In this document: piece after piece, positions 11,921-24,297 of the stretch
Position numbering within the stretch: the stretch's first letter is position 1
Layout of the letters: each line of letters opens with the position of its first letter
Origin: Eledone cirrhosa
Taxonomy: Eukaryota
Reading direction: 5' to 3'
Assembly (NCBI GenBank): GCA_964016885.1
Contig: OZ024764.1
Span: forward strand, 24,738,001 to 24,802,000
Length of the DNA: 64,000 bases
Notes under the pieces: model-generated
Database searches by the model: none
What the model was told of the DNA's origin: nothing
Seen by the model: the letters and a program-made list of their open reading frames with translations, nothing else
Made by a program: the position numbers and the translations under genes

Positions 11921-12732
11921 ATATATATATATATCAAATTAAAAAATGGAGTTAAAGACTCACATTAATCTATAATTTAATGAGCTCAAAGAATAGATTC
12001 CGGGCTCTTTATAAATCAGTATATAGGGAGTAGTACACATAGAGGTATGTGTTTAATTATAGGGGATAAAAAACCACCAGAGTGACGAAAGGAAAGGAGG
12101 ATATAGATCAATTAAGAGAATAAATTAAAATGTACAAATGTACAAACCATTGGATAATAACTATTACACCTGGACATGCTCTAACTATAGCATTTTTCAC
12201 CACAAAAACTATAGATCCCATATTGTAGAGGGCTTGTCAACAGCTGGACTACAATATGGTCTGCACTTCTAACTATATATCTGATAACTAAACAACGCAC
12301 AAGGTGAAATCTCTATCCCCTATGCCTCTTTGTGTATATCTATATACTGATATATGTATTGTCCTGTAACTCCTCAGGGAGTTGTAGGGGCATTGTATTG
12401 ACATACAGCATTACTAAGACATTTTTTAAACCTGGCAGAGCCCATCTCTTCTTTAGGTCTGAGTAGGACAGAAAGTGATATAGAGAGGAAGTGAGAAAGA
12501 TATAGAGAAAGAATTGACCCCAGTACTAGACTGGTATTATATTTGTATGTATAGTCCTGTAACACCTTAAGGACATATTTTAAACCTGGCAGAACCCATT
12601 TCCTCTTCAGGCTTGAACGCATCAGAGTTCTTCCAGGGCAGAGAAAGAATGAGAGAATGGAAATAAGAGAAAGATATAGAGGAAGAATCGACCCCAGTAC
12701 TAGACTGGTTCTTTTTAATTGACAATAACTCA

Positions 12733-13293
12733 TTGTAGAAGAAAGAGCATCAACAACAGATTGCAGATCAAAAACATCCTCTCTTCAGCCATGTGCCAGC
12801 CAAAAGCTGCCTTAAATCCAGGAAAAGTTTCCTAAAGAGAGTCACACCCTTGGAACATCAAGCATAAGTAGTGAAAGAGTCACTTGCTGGGAAGAAAAAC
12901 TTATCTGTAACAACAATGGAGCTAAAGGTGAGTGAAGCACTCCCCCCCCCTGGGGCAGATACAAACTATGCAGTGTGGAATTGTCTAAACAGACTAAGAT
13001 TTGGTGCTGGACATGCAAAAGTTGCTCTTGCAAAATGGGGATATTTAAAGGATGGGGACGTTGTGTGTGATTGCAACATCAAACCTCAGACTACACAGCA
13101 CCTCCTGATATGTCCCCTGCTGGAACACCCATTCACAGTATTAGAACAGCCCTCCACAGCATTGGAACACCCCTGCACAGTATTGGACTTGGCAGAGTTT
13201 GCTGAGAAAGGACAGCAATGTGTTCAGCTGAACCACATCTGGCCAAGTTCTGTAACTGACAGTCTTGTGGACACGACAAGGAGAAGAAGAAGA
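12733..13293 (+). mobile_element. Non-LTR retrotransposon 3' fragment with C-terminal CCHC (Ingi/Vingi/I-group-like)
   Basis: ORF 12871-13299 WNCLNRLRFGAGH..KWG..CDC...QTTQHLLICP; (AGA)n tail. Confidence 0.65.
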
Positions 13294-13791
13294 TTATAAA
13301 ACCTGGCAGAGAACATCTCCTCTCCAGGTCTGAATAAGACAGATTTCTTCTAGAGAAAGATAGAGAGTGATGTAGAATTATAGGGGAAAAGTTGATCCCT
13401 AGTACTTGAATGGTACATTTTTTATCAACCTTGAATGGATGAAAGGTAAAGTTGAACTCAGCGGGATTTGGACTCCGAGTAGAGAACTGGAAAAAATACA
13501 AAGAATTCTATGTGATGTTCTAACAATTCTACCAATTTGCCTTATGTATATGTGGACCTCGGCAGGATTTGAACTCAGAGAAAAGAACCCAAACAAATAC
13601 TGCAAAGCATTTTATCAGCCGTTCTAACAACTCTGACAATTCATATTTTGTGTACAGTTTTCCTTGTTTGTTTATTATGGGTGGTGGTAGAATTGGTTGT
13701 TGTTGTTGTGGTGGTAGGGGTGCCCTGTGTCCTTTGTGGCAATGTTGACATAATAACAACAACAAAAACAACAATAAAGTACTTTTATTTA

Positions 13792-13798
13792 TATAAAA
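13792..13798 (+). promoter_or_regulatory. Candidate TATA box of the CBM14 gene
   Basis: TATAAAA ~320 bp upstream of the ATG at 14112; the AT-rich background makes this weak evidence. Confidence 0.3.
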
Positions 13799-13900
13799 AG
13801 CTAAAAGACTAGTGTGACAGCCTTATTCCTTGTGAAAAGAGACGACCAAGCAGGCAAGATCTTAAAATACAGGGAGCACAACATTGTACATCTAGACATA

Positions 13901-13937
<37 letters not shown>

Positions 13938-14111
13938 ATGTATACGTGTGATTGATAACGAGAGAGAGAGAGATACATAGCACACACGCATATATATATA
14001 TACACATACATAACTATACATACATACTTATATGATATACACATACATAACTAGCATATAAACATATTTAATACATACCTTCTTTATTACAAGAAAGAAG
14101 TCAAGAAAGAA

Positions 14112-14148
14112 ATGATGATGTCCTATATCCTCTTGCTGTTATTCTCTG
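14112..14148 (+). CDS. CBM14 chitin-binding protein, coding exon 1 (signal peptide MMMSYILLLLFS)
   Basis: Phase-1 donor G|GTGAGT; joins exon 2 in frame to give MMMSYILLLLFSGSILVSA-QQC. Confidence 0.65.
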
Positions 14149-14300
14149 GTGAGTTTTGGTATTATTCATTCTTATATTCCTATATTCCTATATTCCTTTA
14201 CTGGTTTCCAGTGCCAGACTTTCACCCTCTCATTTTTTCTCTTTTTACTTTTTCTATATTTCTGTACTTGCGTAAGTTACTTATAAAATTATATTCTTAA

Positions 14301-15823
14301 CCCTTTAACATTTACATTACTCTATATATACTATTGTATTGTCACAGTAAAGGCTTTACCTCACAATATCTCGCATAACATTTACATTACTCTATATATA
14401 CTATTGTATTTTCACAGTAAAGGGTTTACCTCACATAATATCTCGCATAACATTTACATTACTCTATATATACTATTGTATTGTCACAGTAAAGGCTTTA
14501 CCTCACATAATATCTCACATAACATTTACATTACTCTATATATACTATTGTATTTTCACAGTAAAGGCTTTACCTCTCATAATATCTCACATAACATTTA
14601 CATTACTCTATATATACTATTGTATTGTCACAGTAAAGGCTTTACCTCACATAATACCTCACATAACATTTACATTACTCTATATATACTATTGTATTGT
14701 CACAGTAAAGGCTTTACCTCACATAATATCTCACATAACATTTACATTATATATACTATTGTATTTTCACAGTAAAGGCTTTACCTCACATAATATCTCA
14801 CATAACATTTACATTACTCTATATATACTATTGTATTTTCACAGTAAAGGCTTTACATCACATAATATCTCATAACATTTACATTACTCTATATATACTA
14901 TTGTATTGTCACAGTAAAGGCTTTACCTCACATAATATCTCACATAACATTTACATTACTCTATATATACTATTGTATTGTCACAGTAAAGGCTTTACCT
15001 CACATAATATCTCACATAACATTTACATTACTCTATATATACTATTGTATTTTCACAGTAAAGGCTTTACCTCACATAATGTCTCACATACCATTTACAT
15101 TACTCTATATATACTATTGTATTTTCACAGTAAAGGCTTTACCTCACATAATATCTCACATAACATTTACATTACTCTATATATACTATTGTATTTTCAC
15201 AGTAAAGGCTTTACCTCACATAATATCTCACATAATATTTACATTACTCTGTATATACTATTGTATTGTCACAGTAAAGGCTTTACCTCACATAATATCT
15301 CACATAACATTTACATTACTCTATATATACTATTGTATTGTCACAGTAAAGACTTTACCTCACAATATCTCACATAACATTTACATTACTCTATATATAC
15401 TATTGTATTGTCACAGTAAAGGCTTTACCTCACATAATATCTCACATAACATTTACATTACTTTATATATACTATTGTATTTTCACAGTAAAGGCTTTAC
15501 CTCACATAATATCTCACATAACATTTACATTATATATAATATTGTATTGTCACAGTAAAGGCTTTACCTCACATAATATCTCACATAATATTTACATTAC
15601 TCTATATATACTATTGTATTGTCACAGTAAAGGCTTTACCTCACATAATATCTCACATAACATTTACATTACTCTATATATACTATTGTATTTTCACAGT
15701 AAAGGCTTTACCTCACATAATATCTCACATAACATTTACATTACTCTATATATACTATTGGATTTTCACAGTAAAGGCTTTACCTCACATAATATCTCAC
15801 ATAACATTTACATTACTCTATAT
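14301..15823 (+). repeat. 72-bp satellite (~21 copies) starting at a piggyBac-like left TIR
   Basis: Unit TTACATTACTCTATATATACTATTGTATTTTCACAGTAAAGGCTTTACCTCACATAATATCTCACATAACAT; preceded by TTAA-CCCTTTAACATTTA. Confidence 0.92.
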
Positions 15824-16730
15824 GTAGCAGCAAGTGCCCACAAAAAACTAGCTCTTTCAATTGCGCAGAGGGTTCTATAGAAATAGTGGACAGCTTCCAT
15901 TACCTGGGTGACAAAATCAGCAGTGGTGGAGGGTGCTCTGAAAGTACAGTAGCTAGAGTCAGAACTGGATGGAAAAAGTTCAGAGAGCTTATACCACTAT
16001 TAGCCGCTAAAGGGTTCTCCCTTAAAATGAAAGGCAGGCTGTATGATGCCTGCATACGAACAGCAATGTTGCATGGCAGTGAGACCTGGGCATTGTGTGC
16101 AGAGGATATACGCAGACTAGAGAGGAACGAAGCTTGCATGCTCTGCTGGATGTGTAATAGTAATATACGTGAACGGCAAAGCATAAACGAACTAAGGGAA
16201 AAATTAGAAATAAGAGGGATCAGATGTTGTTTACTCGAGAGAAGACTACGTTGGTATGGTCACGTGATGCGCATGAAAGACGACAGCTGTATAAAAAAGT
16301 GCAGGGCAATAAAGATAGACGGTAGCCACGGAGTAGGCAGACCCAGAAAAACCTGGGACGAGCTGATAAATTCCGACCTCACACACTTACACCTCTCCAA
16401 GACAATGTCACTGGACCGAAATCTTTGGCGGTACTCAGTAATAGAGAAGACCCGCCTTACCTAAATACAAAGTAAAACCTACTACAGTCAGTAGGCATAA
16501 TACAAAATACACCCCCGTCTCACCCCCCCCCCCCACCCATCCACACCGCCCCTTTCAATGTAAAGTTATGTTGGTGCCACAGGCCGAAACAAATGAGATC
16601 GTGTAGGTGTCACGACAAAAAAAAACACACAGTCCACGCTGTAATGTGGCCGTGTAGACAACACGGTAAAAACCTCCCAGTCCCACACTGTAAATGTGGT
16701 TGGTGTTAGGAAGGGCATCCAGCCGTAGAA
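15824..16730 (+). mobile_element. RTE LINE 3' fragment
   Basis: ORF 15886-16464 (FHYLG, AMLHGSETW, RRLRWYGHV, GRPRKTW) plus 3' UTR. Confidence 0.9.
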
Positions 16731-17055
16731 TCAGCGTGGAGAGAGAGGCACTGTACCCCAGTAAATTTACTGAAAGGTGGGTGAATGTGACAAAAATGGC
16801 CCTTCTCTGTATATAAACCTGTAGGTTGAAGAAGAGAACAAAAGGAAGAAAGGAGCTCTTGCACAACACGCTCCTGAAGTTGAGGGTTCTATCGATGGGG
16901 TATTAAACAACCCATTTGTGCTGCCTCCCCCCTATTGGGGATTTCGATTGTTATATTTGTTTGTTTCATATTTTTACATGATTGTATGTAAAGTCCCCGG
17001 CATGTGTCTTTGTTTTGTCCCCTTTTCTTGTGCGCCCTTGTAGCAAATAAAGAAA
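16727..17055 (+). mobile_element. 5'-truncated, diverged copy of the L1/Tx1 family at 36659-42266
   Basis: Aligns by eye with 41920-42264 (GGAGAGAGAGG..TACCCCAG..GAAAGGTGGGTGAA); same terminus GCAAATAAAGAAA. Confidence 0.8.
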
Positions 17056-17661
17056 TATATCTATCTATATAAAGTTTGAGGCCTTTCTCTAAAAGAATTC
17101 AGGGTAAAAAATTTAAAATAATTCTGCAATGATTGTTTCTTCTTCTTCTTCTTCTTCTTCTTCTTCTTCTTCTTCTTCTTCTTGGCATAGAGTTACGGCC
17201 CTTCACGTTCTGGTTTCAAATCCCACCGAAGTTAACTTTGCTTTTCATCCTTACTTGGTTGATAAAATAAAGTACCAGTCACGCACTGGGGTCAATTTAA
17301 TCGACTTTCCCTTCCCCAAAATTGCTGGCCTTGTGCCTAAAGTAGAAATAATTATTCATATTTTATATTAATGTTAATGATGAAGAATAAATTATATATA
17401 CACAGGGTCCCCCCCTCCCCCCCAAAAATGTATACACATATTTATTAGAATACTGTTGAAGTGTGTATAAATGTTTTGGTGGGTACCCCATATATATCAT
17501 CATCATCATTTTACATCCGCTTTTCCCGACCACTTTTGCAGTGGAATGATAGGGACCCCTATATATATATAACTAAGGAATTGTGGTAAGGAATCAGATG
17601 GACCATAACGCACCAGAGTACTCAATACTTAGGGTAGTAGAGTGGGTAATAGGAAAATGTA

Positions 17662-18560
17662 TGACCCCGACGGCAGAGCTCAAGCCGTTTCGACGGCTAT
17701 TTCTGGACTAAATTAGATTTTTAGCATTGTAATAAATAGCCAAACTTTTCAAGGGGTAATTCCTTATATGGGAAGATTGTAGTTGTCAAGAGGACTGGTC
17801 AAAATTTCTTGTAAACACAATTAAATCTTTCATGGCTGTGGGTGGGGGCTGGGGCTGGGGGGCGACATGGCACTACACTTTCGAGCCACATCTGGGACCT
17901 CCAAGATAATAATATAACATACAATCTTACTTGGAGCTTACTTTCCAGGGCTAACTCCTACTCAGGAGGACGCCGTCTGTGTAACTTATGCTCAGAGGAA
18001 ACAATACAAATGCTGTTTATGAAGGACCAACTCCTAAACAAAAAAGACGAACTTGTAACTGCTTGTAAACACTGATTGCATAGGACTTACCTCGCCCTCA
18101 AACCCCCTCATGACCCTGGTGAGTAGAAAATGGCTGCTACATCCTTCTTTTCCCCACTTGCCGAACAAGATTGGGGAAACCCAGCATACATAGGTAGATG
18201 TACTTCTTTTCTTTTTTCCCTTAATCTCTTCTTATCACTTCCTTCCACTCCCTCTCCTCTTCCTTTTCCTTTTTCCTCTTTCATCTACCCCAAGGCAGCC
18301 CATCGGGCTTTTGTAGCCTCAGTACCCCCACCCCAGTAAATTCTATATAGCATTGGCCGAAAACGCAATACCAACTAAAAATATAACAGCTGTATTCTAG
18401 TATTTTTATTATTTTTTATTATTTAATTTTTTAATATTTTTATTTATTATTTTTTTTATTTTTCAATTTATTAACTTTTAAATTTTTTAATTTTATAACT
18501 TCCAACTCTCAGATTCCTCCAGAATTCTTTTTTAGTCCAGAAATAGCCGTCGAAACGGCT
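17662..18560. mobile_element. Old Penelope-like remnant: GIY-YIG C-terminus (+, ~17865-18075) and decayed hammerhead (-, 17662-17759)
   Basis: TTLSSHIWDLQD...WSLL..CNLC.EE...LLNKKDELVTACKH resembles PLE endonuclease ends; 17686-17712 is inverted at 18531-18560. Confidence 0.65.
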
Positions 18561-18622
18561 GTTTTTACATCTCCTGTTGATTTTATCTGAAAAAAAAACC
18601 ACATTTGCAGATGCTATACAAA

Positions 18623-18670
18623 AGCTGCAGACACTAATGTTTCTGGGTATCACCCTTCATCAGTACAGCT
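18623..18670 (-). ncRNA. Type I hammerhead ribozyme (GUC site); second copy 28231-28278 (+)
   Basis: Minus strand AGCTGTA-CTGATGA-A-GGGT gat ACCC-A-GAAA-CATTAGTG-TC-TGCAGCT. Confidence 0.7.
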
Positions 18671-19007
18671 CACTGTTCACCTGCCAAACTGTCAGAGCTA
18701 GTGAAAATATATGCTATTTTCAAAAATACACAGTGACTGATCGGCCTGATTTGCATATTAGCAGACTGGCTGATCAGCCAGATTTGCATATTAGCAGATC
18801 CACTGATCAGCCAGATTTGCATATCAGCAGACTGGCCAGTCAGTTTCCTGTATATGAGCGATTAATGGTAAGAGCACTCAGTCCATAGGACTAGTTAAGT
18901 ATAAATAGTTACAACAGTGACATAAACAGGTACTTAAGTTTCATTGGGTTCTGGACCCTAACTAATTCATCCTGTCATAATGTCAATGGTGTCACTATTT
19001 ATATATA

Positions 19008-19342
19008 CTAGCTGACATACCCAGCTTCGCCCGGGTAAACAGATGGTAAGAGAAGACAGGTAAAAGAGAAAATGACTGTATTGGATGTTTGTCTGGTTAC
19101 AGTATGACGCGAGTCCGTGGTGTCTGTGTGTAAAAAAAAATCTTCCAGATATACCAGATTCTTCGTTGTACCGTTTGCGCATAGTATATGAACAATTCTA
19201 GGTGTTCCCACCTAGAATAGTGACCTCTAGGAGATGGTTCATCTTCTGCCTGACTGTAAAACGTGTATCATTGCATAGACGTGGTTGTTCCACGTTTCTC
19301 AAAAGGATGATGGAAGTTCCAATCTTTTATATTATATGTAGA
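19008..19342 (-). mobile_element. Non-autonomous Helitron
   Basis: Minus strand begins TCTACATATAATATAAAAG and ends with hairpin CCCGGGCGAAGCTGGG then CTAG, between A and T. Confidence 0.7.
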
Positions 19343-20150
19343 TATAGATATAGATAATTAATATAAAAGATGTCCGTCAATGTAAAAAAGGTCCCTATTT
19401 ACTAGAAATGGTTTATACAAATGCCAAATTAATATGGATATGGATAACATGCTTATCTATAAGTGGTCAGCTATAATAATAAAACAACAAATTATATGAC
19501 ACAAACATTTATTCAGTAATTTCCAGGCTCTTAGCCACTGAGTAATAGACAGTCAATGTTGCCCAGAGTTCAACTCGGGGATGTGGCCTGGTTTGAACTC
19601 CAAAAGGCGGATCCTTCTACTTCGAAATTAGAATCATTTTTCAATATTACTCTAGCCCTGGCCGGCCATAGGATCCAACCTTTTTGCCAGACTCGGCATA
19701 TGATGAGGTTTTATTACCACTGCAATCAGAAGCGGCGCACGCAAATTTACACACTCACCCCTGCACTTACACACACGCACATTCACACATGTTGATAGTT
19801 TTTACTTTCTGTGGAACGCTGCACACACGCACACACACATAAACATATGCGCACATAAATACACACGCACACATGTTAATAGTTATTGCTTTCCTTCCCC
19901 TCTTATTACCACACACATCACACACACATGTCTCTACACTGACACATATACATAGTGTATCAAACACAGCGTTCACTTTGCTTCTCTGTTTCTTACTCTC
20001 CCCTCTCACTCCCTCATTGGCATTATGCATATTAATTTAAGTTTGGCGTCATTGAGGTGGGCGGAGTCGTTTGAAGCCTATGAACCAATGATAATCGAGA
20101 ATTATGACACACGGAATACTGACATTGTTGAAATTAATATATAGATGTAT

Positions 20151-20570
20151 AAATTTGTTTTTGAATTTGTTTTGCGAGATTTCTTATCTGAAAACCTGTG
20201 TTGAAACAAATATAGTTATACTTTGGGAGGGTCATGTTGCCAATAAAAACACACACCTGTTGGTTTTCACTTCAATTTATTATAAATTTCCGGTTGGTTG
20301 ATTGGTTGGTGTGATAACCAGAAGGCTGTTTATATATTGTCAAAGTTCCTTCATCACACATTCTGCAGCCTCCTCAGTGACTAGGTTTTTATTTTGTGTG
20401 TCTTTCCTTTGTTCTGTCCTACACCATCAAAAGCAAGATGGTGTTCTACACCACAAAAACAAGATGGTGTAGGACAGAACAGAAATAAAAGCCTAGTCAC
20501 TGAGGAGGTCACAGAATGAGTGACAATATATAAACAACCTTCCAGTTATCGGACGAACCAACCAACCCAA
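20151..20570. mobile_element. Degenerate Penelope pLTR inverted pair
   Basis: Diverged match to 278-785; hammerhead core reads CTGAGGA and is damaged in both arms. Confidence 0.75.
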
Positions 20571-21201
20571 AATCTCTCTCTATTAAACTGAGGATGTGTG
20601 TATGTCCGTACCCACAGAACTTCTACAGTTTGCAACATATTTTCTTCAAAAGGAGTATGTTGGTTGGCTGGTTGGTTGGTTGGTTGGTTGGCTGGTTGGT
20701 TGGTTGGTTGGTTGGTTGGCTGGCTGGTTAGTTGGTTGGTTGGTTGGTTGGCTGGTTGCACAAAAACTACACACACATACATCTAAAGAGAGAGAGAGAG
20801 TGAGATAGGCCGTTATACAGAGAGAGGTACAAGATATTCAGATAGAGAGAGAGAGAATGGTGACAAACACTGATTTAGACACGCACGCACACACACACAC
20901 ACACATAGAAAGAGAGGGGGGTTGGGAGGGGAAGAGATGATAGCGTTCGATAACTTTTATCTATTTATTTATTCCTTACACACTTTAACTCTCCCCCTTC
21001 CTCAACCTTACGTCTCTCTCTCGCTGTCACGCAAGACTTACTGTGACTGTGTGTGTCCGGGGAAGATACAATGTCCGCACACACACACAAACACGCATAT
21101 ATATATATATATAGGAAAAGAGTTAGGACCCCGACAGCAGAGCTCCGGCCGTTTTGGTCCACCTGGTTTCTTACCACACTTTCTTTGTTGATATATATTT
21201 A

Positions 21202-22583
21202 TCTATACTATAAAGCTGATGTCCGTATGTATGTAACAAACTTTCCACCAAACGGCTGCACCAAATTTGCACCATAAATGTAACTTTTTCCAAGTAAAAA
21301 AGTGAGGGTATTTTTGTCTACTGAATTTTGTTAAAAGATTAAAGACATTATTTAAATATTCCCTTCTTTCAAATTTCAAATGTCAACACTTCCGGTTATA
21401 CGTCATTCCTCACTTTTTCTTATGACATCGCACAACATTCCCCTCTTTTTCTTAGTCTGTCTTTTTAGATAGATACATAGCTATAACGTAGCGCCTTTAT
21501 AATATGTCTCTGTATGCCTGGCTGTCTGCATTAGATATCGTTTTTCGAAATATTTACTTCTGCGTTCACAGATGGATTTTTTTAGTTTCAGAAGATCCCG
21601 TTAAGGGTGAAAGCAGCAATTCTTTGCTTAAACTTTAATCTGTTATTTTAATATATATATTTGTGTACAGATATTTTTGCATACACAAAAACAGAAACCT
21701 ATTTATTTCACGAAAGCACAGACGGCTTATTGTCATTGTTACTGTTCGAGGTTAGAGGACCACAGTCTTTCCAAGATCTGTTCCACTTACCGTTTGGCTT
21801 GCCAGATGCATGGTATGTTACATGATAACAGCCATTGGCACCTCACCCTGCAAGAAGCAGCAACTACTAAAGTCCCTTCTCAGCTGCGAAAACTTTTTGC
21901 TATTATGCTGCACAACTGCGGTCTCACCAACACTCTCGCAATGTGGAACAACCACCGCGAAAGTCTAGCTGAGGACATCCTCCACCGCACACGCAGACAC
22001 AATCCGAACGTAACATACAATGTCGTTTTCAATGAGGCGCTCATTTGTCTTGAAAACAGTGTCCTGGAGATTGGTGGTTGGCCTCTAGGTCACTACAGCT
22101 TACCTGCTCCTGACAGGAGTGTCCAGAGGTCAACGTCTACAGAGCTTCTCCACGAGACAAGCTACGAAATCAGTGCTTCTCCCATGGGTAACTGTTGCTC
22201 TAGGGTTAGCTCGCCAAACAATCTCTTCATCTTTGCTCCGGAGGCCCAAACAAAAAATATTGTATACTCTGAGGCTCTAACAATGTAATTTAAATATTTT
22301 CTGTTACTTGGAATTTCCATTATGGTTGTACAAATTATTGTTTGTTAAAAAAGTTGTTCTCTGTTCAGCCTTTATTGTTGTAACTATCAATTTTCTTTAA
22401 CGTACTGGCTGCTGAACTGGGGAATCCTAAAAACTATTCAAACCCAACACCAGAGCACGTTAACCCCGCACCTCGCTGACTTGAGAGGGTGTGCGGTATC
22501 TTTACACTGGAGTGTAGGTGGGATTCCTGAAAAGATAAAATGCCGGTATACCTAGCCGGGCACCAGCCGGATGGGCCAGCTAG
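21202..22583 (+). mobile_element. Internally deleted Helitron retaining RepHel fragments
   Basis: 5' A|TCTATACTATAAA; 3' CCGG hairpin + CTAG|T; ORF 21677-22288 has YRLACQMHGMLHDNSHW..QLRKLFAIML and the Pif1-type end CFSHG/CSRV..TKNIVYSEAL. Confidence 0.85.
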
Positions 22584-22653
22584 TATATATATATATAACA
22601 ATATTTGACGTAGAGAAGATAAGTGATAAATTGTCAATTTCCTTCTTTCGATG

Positions 22654-22685
<32 letters not shown>

Positions 22686-22960
22686 GATATATGTACTAAT
22701 GTCCATTTGTATTTATATAGCTGTTAATATATATATGTGTTGTGTACGTGCGTATATTAGTAACGGAAAATCGCTCATATAGAGTAGCCATGTTTAGGAT
22801 AACAAGGGCTAGGAAATCGCCATTTTCATCCCACCCACCCCCCTATATCTACTTTTGGAAAGCATAAGAACTGTGAAACCAGTAAAGGAAACAAATAAAT
22901 ATTCTTAAAAAGACTCCAGTTGCATTTTCGATTTCTTTTCCTTATATGTATATATATATA

Positions 22961-23855
22961 TTTCGTTTCTGAATTTGTTTAGCAAGATTCTTTATCTGAA
23001 ATCGTGTGTTGAAACCGATATTGTTATACTTAGGGAGGGTCATGTTGCCAATAAGAAACACACGCACCAGTTGCTTTCACTTCAATTTATTATAATAAAT
23101 TTATAATAAATTTATAAATTTCTGGTTGGTTGGTTGGTTCCACAACCAGATAGTTGTTTATATATAGTCATAGTTCTTTCGTCACACACTCTGTGACCTC
23201 TTCAGTGACTGGGGATTCCTTTCTTTGTTTCTGTGCCTCTCCTTTGTTCTGTCCTACGCCATTTTGTTTCTGTGTGTGTGTTGTGTGCTCAGTCTGCGCA
23301 TGTGCCACATCCGGGTGTCTGTGTGTGTTTATGTTCATTTATTTATTTGTTTATTTACATGTTACTGGTTGGTTGTTTGTTCTATGTGTGTGTGTGTTTT
23401 CATTTTGTCCTTAATTGTAAGTTGTGATGTTGCTGTTCCACTCATATTTTCTATTTTATTTTGGTTGTAATTCTTTTATGTTTATTGCCTCTGTAATTTG
23501 TCTAAACATTGCGTCTTTTCTGTGTGTAGATTCTATTTTTATTTCTATGTTCTCTAATTTACCCTTGTGTTCTATCTTAGCATGTTGGTAGAGTACAGAT
23601 GATTCTTTACTATCTTGAAGGTCTCGCCAGTGTTCATTTATCCGTTCCCCTACACTACGGGCTGTCTCACCTATGTACACTATATTTTTGTCTCTACATT
23701 GTCCTTCAGTACATCTTATGCTATACACTACATTTCTAGTTTTACAGTTAATATGGGGGCTTATTTTACAGGTTATACATTTCTTATCTATACATGAGGG
23801 TCTTTGAAAAGGGTATGTCTTGCTAATAAGTGTTTTTACTTATTAGCAAGACATA
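22961..23855 (-). mobile_element. 5'-truncated Penelope copy (GIY-YIG end, pLTR, hammerhead 23166-23210) with an 18-bp fold-back at the 5' junction
   Basis: ORF 23456-23728 VYIGETARSVGERINEH; closely similar to 48804-49720; TATGTCTTGCTAATAAGT..ACTTATTAGCAAGACATA. Confidence 0.9.
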
Positions 23856-23950
23856 TATTTGATATATATTTATCCTTATCGAGCTCTCTTTGGATTTTAG
23901 TCTTCACATTTATTATTATTATTACTATATATATATATATATATCTGTAT

Positions 23951-24270
23951 ACACTGAGGATGGCTCTGAACATTAATCAGTATACACTGAGAATGAAAAA
24001 CTCAGAGCTGTATGGGAGCATCCCAAAAGTCAGCTCAAAAGTGACACAGAGGAGACTGAGATTATCTGGACATGCTCATCGACATCCAGAGTTGGCATTG
24101 CACTCAGTGCTCCTGTGGGAGCCCCTACACGGACACACTGGAAGAGGAAGACAAAGGTTAATGTATGTTGATGCCCTAAGGACAGACACTGGTCTCTTGG
24201 AGACGCAGGACATGGCAGCGATAATAAGAGAGAACTCATCCATGGATCTCGGGAATTTTACCAGCCCTAG
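23951..24270 (+). mobile_element. RTE-like LINE 3' fragment (distinct family; smaller piece at 43829-43930)
   Basis: LYGSIPKVSSKVTQRRLRLSGHAHRHPE..LLWEP..GRGRQ. Confidence 0.75.
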
Positions 24271-24297
24271 ATATATATATATATATATATACATATA

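Noticed and set aside
19360-20145. Possible further Helitron on the minus strand (TCTATATATT start at 20145)
   Set aside because: No convincing 3' hairpin before the candidate CTAG at ~19402
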